From an uncultured virus (IMG/VR IMGVR_UViG_3300042923_001406) (lineage: Duplodnaviria; Heunggongvirae; Uroviricota; Caudoviricetes), in IMG/VR virus record IMGVR_UViG_3300042923_001406: a DNA stretch of 20,000 nucleotides; one strand, given 5' to 3'. The notes beneath the pieces are model-generated. The model saw only the letters and a list, made by a program, of their open reading frames with translations. It did not search any database and had not been told where the DNA came from. This document shows, piece after piece, positions 16,951 to 20,000 of the stretch. The translations under genes were made by a program, and so were the position numbers. Position 1 is the stretch's first letter; each line of letters begins with the position of its first letter.

Positions 16951-17415
16951 ATGAATAGTATTATACCAATGACATATAATTTTAAGTTAGAAGACGATAA
17001 TATAAAACATCCTTCTATGATATATCAAGTAATAAAAGATACAAGAAATGATATATCAGTAAGTAAACTAATACCTGATGATTTACAATGTTATATAAAC
17101 TATTTAGATTTAATAGTTATGTTTAGAAATAAATGGATTTCAACAGGATATTTAGATTTAGGAATGATACCTGTAATATATGGTCCAAGCTTTATGCATT
17201 CTTACATTGTACCTAGTATATTATCTAGATGTAATGAGGCAGGTTTAAAAATAGAACCAATGCCTGGTATATCGTTCTTCAAGAGAAATTTTAAAGAAGA
17301 TATAACAGACTACTGGATATTTAGAGATGAAGCAGCAAAGTATTTAGGATGTTCTACAAAAGAGGTAACATCTAAGAAATTATTAAGTAAATTACTAAGG
17401 AGGGAATTTGAGTGA
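16951..17415 (+). CDS. Hypothetical protein (154 aa)
   Basis: SD AAGGAG, abuts the upstream stop. The C-terminal EAAKYLGCS is reminiscent of a short HTH-like element. Confidence 0.8.
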   Translation: MNSIIPMTYNFKLEDDNIKHPSMIYQVIKDTRNDISVSKLIPDDLQCYINYLDLIVMFRNKWISTGYLDLGMIPVIYGPSFMHSYIVPSILSRCNEAGLKIEPMPGISFFKRNFKEDITDYWIFRDEAAKYLGCSTKEVTSKKLLSKLLRREFE

Positions 17416-18137
17416 AAATAATAGATATAAATGATATTATTTTAGGTAATGTAGAACTATCTAAGAGTAGTAATATTAATAAATCTTTAGATTTATCTAA
17501 AGAAATTCAAGAAGTAGTTAATTCAATAGAAGGATTATATAATAAAGAACATCTTAAATTAACTATGTCACATACTGAATTTTATGAAGCTAATCCTTTA
17601 TTAGATAATTATTTAAGTGATTATAAGAAATTGAATAGTACTTTATTCAAAAAAGAATTATTTTACGCTATGTTGTGTGAGACTTATATTCCTTATATTC
17701 CTTCTGATTTAACAGCATTATTAGTATTAACAAGAAATAAGGTTGAAACACCAAATAGGATGATAGTAGCTTTAGATAAATCTAAATTTAAAAAATATAT
17801 AACACAACAATTTAATGAAAATAATAAAATTTTAAAGGAAATAATAGATAAAATTTGGGGTTATAATGTAAATTTAGTAACTAAAAATAGACCTATGGTA
17901 ATAAATAATAAAGTAACGGAAATTTATATTGATAATATAAATGATATATTATTATGTAATAATAATATAAATGATATACTTAAAGATACTGATGATATAA
18001 ACAATTTATGGTACTCTAAAGATAAAGGTATAGTTTTAGGTGATAAGGAAATTCCTTTAAGAACACTAATACATGAATTCGGAATAACTAAAACTGATTT
18101 AGATTTAAGGAACGTGTTTTTATTAAATGAATCATAG
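17412..18137 (+). CDS. Hypothetical protein (241 aa, GTG start)
   Basis: SD AAGGAGG, GTGA overlap with the upstream gene. Confidence 0.8.
   Translation: MKIIDINDIILGNVELSKSSNINKSLDLSKEIQEVVNSIEGLYNKEHLKLTMSHTEFYEANPLLDNYLSDYKKLNSTLFKKELFYAMLCETYIPYIPSDLTALLVLTRNKVETPNRMIVALDKSKFKKYITQQFNENNKILKEIIDKIWGYNVNLVTKNRPMVINNKVTEIYIDNINDILLCNNNINDILKDTDDINNLWYSKDKGIVLGDKEIPLRTLIHEFGITKTDLDLRNVFLLNES
17931..18000 (+). repeat. Short in-frame 30-nt-period tandem duplication
   Basis: ATAATATAAATGATATA occurs at 17932-17948 and 17962-17978, with a degenerate third start at 17991 (protein DNINDIL/NNINDIL/DDINNL). Confidence 0.5.
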
Positions 18138-20000
18138 AGAGATATTTAATTCTAAAATAAAGGATATATCATCAAGAACTGAAAAGTATTTTAATGAAAC
18201 TAAACAGTATTTAGATAATTTAAATGTAAAAGAATTAAATGATTTACAATATTTTAAAGAAATTTATAATAAATTAAATGAATACAGTCAAATGATTAAT
18301 AGCATAAGAATATCCTTTACTTTAGGTAGTATAAAATCTTTTATAGATAAAGAATACGAATCTAAGTTAGATAATATTGAATTTGAAAAAAATAGTTTAC
18401 TATTATCTTTAAGGGATAAAGTAAATAATGCTATAGAAATTAAAAGAAAAGAAATAAAGAAAACAAACGAACAAATAAAACTAAAAAATAATAAGTTAAA
18501 AGAAGAAATAGAAAGTGAAAATTCTAAATATAAACAATTAGAAATAAAAAAACAAAGATTATTAGAATTTTCAAATGAAATATTACAATTATGTTCAGAT
18601 TATGGTATAAAAACTACAGACATAAATATTAATAATGAAATGTTTACTATTGAAGAATTTAATGTATTTTATGATGAATTTTATGCATTTATATCATCAA
18701 ATTATGATAAAAGAAATAATCCAATAAGATGGATAATGAATAAAATACAAAGTAATGAGATCAGATTATTTTTATTAATAATTTCATTAATGTTAATATT
18801 TACACCAGCTATAGATATATTATCTATAATATTAATTTTATATATTATGTATAATCAATCTATACAAGAAAGTTTAGTAAAAAAATATACCATTATGGCA
18901 GGATTATCTTTTAATATTAACCCTATGGAAATAGGATATTTAAAAGAAATTCCAGAAGATATGATTGAAGAAGAAATATCTGAAGAAATAGATATAGACA
19001 ATGAACCAGAGTTTAAAGAATTGTTAGAAGAAATAAATAGTATAATGGAGTCTGTAGATGATGAAGAAATAAAAACAGAAATGTCTGGTACTTTATCTTC
19101 TTTTATGAAAGATTATTCAAATATGGAAAATGAATTAAACGAAATAATAATAGAAACAGATGATAATAAAAAAGAAATACTATATCTAATAGATGAAAAA
19201 ATAAAAGAGTTAAAAGATAAAGAATTAGAATTAAAATCAAGTATAAAACTATTAGGTAAAGAATTTTCTGAAGATTATATAATAAATACCAATGTAAAGT
19301 TAGGTTTAAATAAAGATACTATGATTTACGAAACTTTAGACATAGGATTAAAAAATATAGTCTTTAAACAAAAAGGTACACAAAAAGAATTAGATGATTT
19401 TATAAAAATAATGGTAGCTAATTACTATTGTAATGTTAGACCTGGATTTTTAGATATAACTGTTTATGACCCTAATAATATGGGTCGTTCACTATCTGGT
19501 TTTTATAATGATGATTTAGATAATTTATTTAAAATTTATAATGGAACTTTAGATGAATTAATGAAAGAATTTAAAGAACATACTAATGACATGATGAAAG
19601 TTATTAAAGAATCTGATATAAATGAGTATAATTACAACGCTAAATCTATAGGTAAATCTTGTTTATACTATAAACTTTTAATAATTTTATCACAACCTAA
19701 AAATATAGAAGAAAATGAAGCTTTACAAAGTTTCATGGAATATTCTGCAAAATTAGGTGTATTTGTTTGGGTAGTATCAGATTCAAATTTTAATAACACA
19801 TATGTATTTAATAAACCATTTGAAAAAATAATTAACCCCATAGAAATAGATTCATTTAATTTTCCTGAAGAAATAATGTATAATATGTATATCTCATACA
19901 AATCATTAAAATCTCCTGCACTATTATGGGATGATTTCAGAGACAGAAGTATATCAGAAGATAAAATATGGACATATAATGCAGATGAATTTATAGAACT
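18127..20000 (+). CDS. Large coiled-coil, membrane-anchored FtsK/SpoIIIE-family-like protein (partial, runs off window)
   Basis: Frame is open from ATG 18127 (MNHREIFNSK) to the window end, about 624 codons. It has a coiled coil, a TM hairpin (about 18766-18850) and an acidic coiled coil. Then VRPGFLDITVYDPNNMG...DINEYN...YKLLII...LGVFVWVV and IWTYNADEFIE resemble the degenerate first ATPase fold and the linker preceding an active FtsK domain. Confidence 0.65.
   Translation, partial: MNHREIFNSKIKDISSRTEKYFNETKQYLDNLNVKELNDLQYFKEIYNKLNEYSQMINSIRISFTLGSIKSFIDKEYESKLDNIEFEKNSLLLSLRDKVNNAIEIKRKEIKKTNEQIKLKNNKLKEEIESENSKYKQLEIKKQRLLEFSNEILQLCSDYGIKTTDININNEMFTIEEFNVFYDEFYAFISSNYDKRNNPIRWIMNKIQSNEIRLFLLIISLMLIFTPAIDILSIILILYIMYNQSIQESLVKKYTIMAGLSFNINPMEIGYLKEIPEDMIEEEISEEIDIDNEPEFKELLEEINSIMESVDDEEIKTEMSGTLSSFMKDYSNMENELNEIIIETDDNKKEILYLIDEKIKELKDKELELKSSIKLLGKEFSEDYIINTNVKLGLNKDTMIYETLDIGLKNIVFKQKGTQKELDDFIKIMVANYYCNVRPGFLDITVYDPNNMGRSLSGFYNDDLDNLFKIYNGTLDELMKEFKEHTNDMMKVIKESDINEYNYNAKSIGKSCLYYKLLIILSQPKNIEENEALQSFMEYSAKLGVFVWVVSDSNFNNTYVFNKPFEKIINPIEIDSFNFPEEIMYNMYISYKSLKSPALLWDDFRDRSISEDKIWTYNADEFIE

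Noticed and set aside
3166..19901. Minus-strand ORFs in the track (3166, 5633, 7123, 8008, 9470, 9765, 10290, 15256, 15989, 19668)
   Set aside because: All are short, lie antisense to longer or better-supported + strand genes, and have the F/I/S/L-rich composition expected from antisense reading of A-rich coding DNA.
1..20000. CRISPR array, tRNA/rRNA, IS elements, iteron origin
   Set aside because: No non-coding stretch is long enough, and I saw no regularly spaced repeats, GC-rich structured RNA or transposase motifs.

Overview
Very AT-rich, purine-biased window. About 30 tightly packed or overlapping genes all lie on the + strand, with Firmicutes-style Shine-Dalgarno sites and the standard genetic code. 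I see no RNA genes, CRISPR array, IS elements or virion genes. Most genes are ORFans, interspersed with highly diverged or fragmentary versions of replication and housekeeping proteins. This suggests a large extrachromosomal element (megaplasmid or jumbo phage) of a low-GC, probably clostridial, host rather than core chromosome. Recognisable genes are an MNT-HEPN pair, a lid-less Hsp70, and a 1109-aa family A DNA polymerase with 3'-5' exonuclease and long N- and C-terminal extensions. There is also a stand-alone Zn-finger/HhH/BRCT C-terminal half of an NAD-dependent ligase, a HolA (Pol III delta)-like protein, a possibly inactive YhaM-like OB/HD protein, several membrane proteins and a lipoprotein. 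An FtsK/SpoIIIE-type membrane protein runs off the right edge. The ORF track missed four coding regions: 1..120, 3398/3410..3646, 5189..5368 and 18127..20000. All family calls come from reading motifs by eye, with no database searches.
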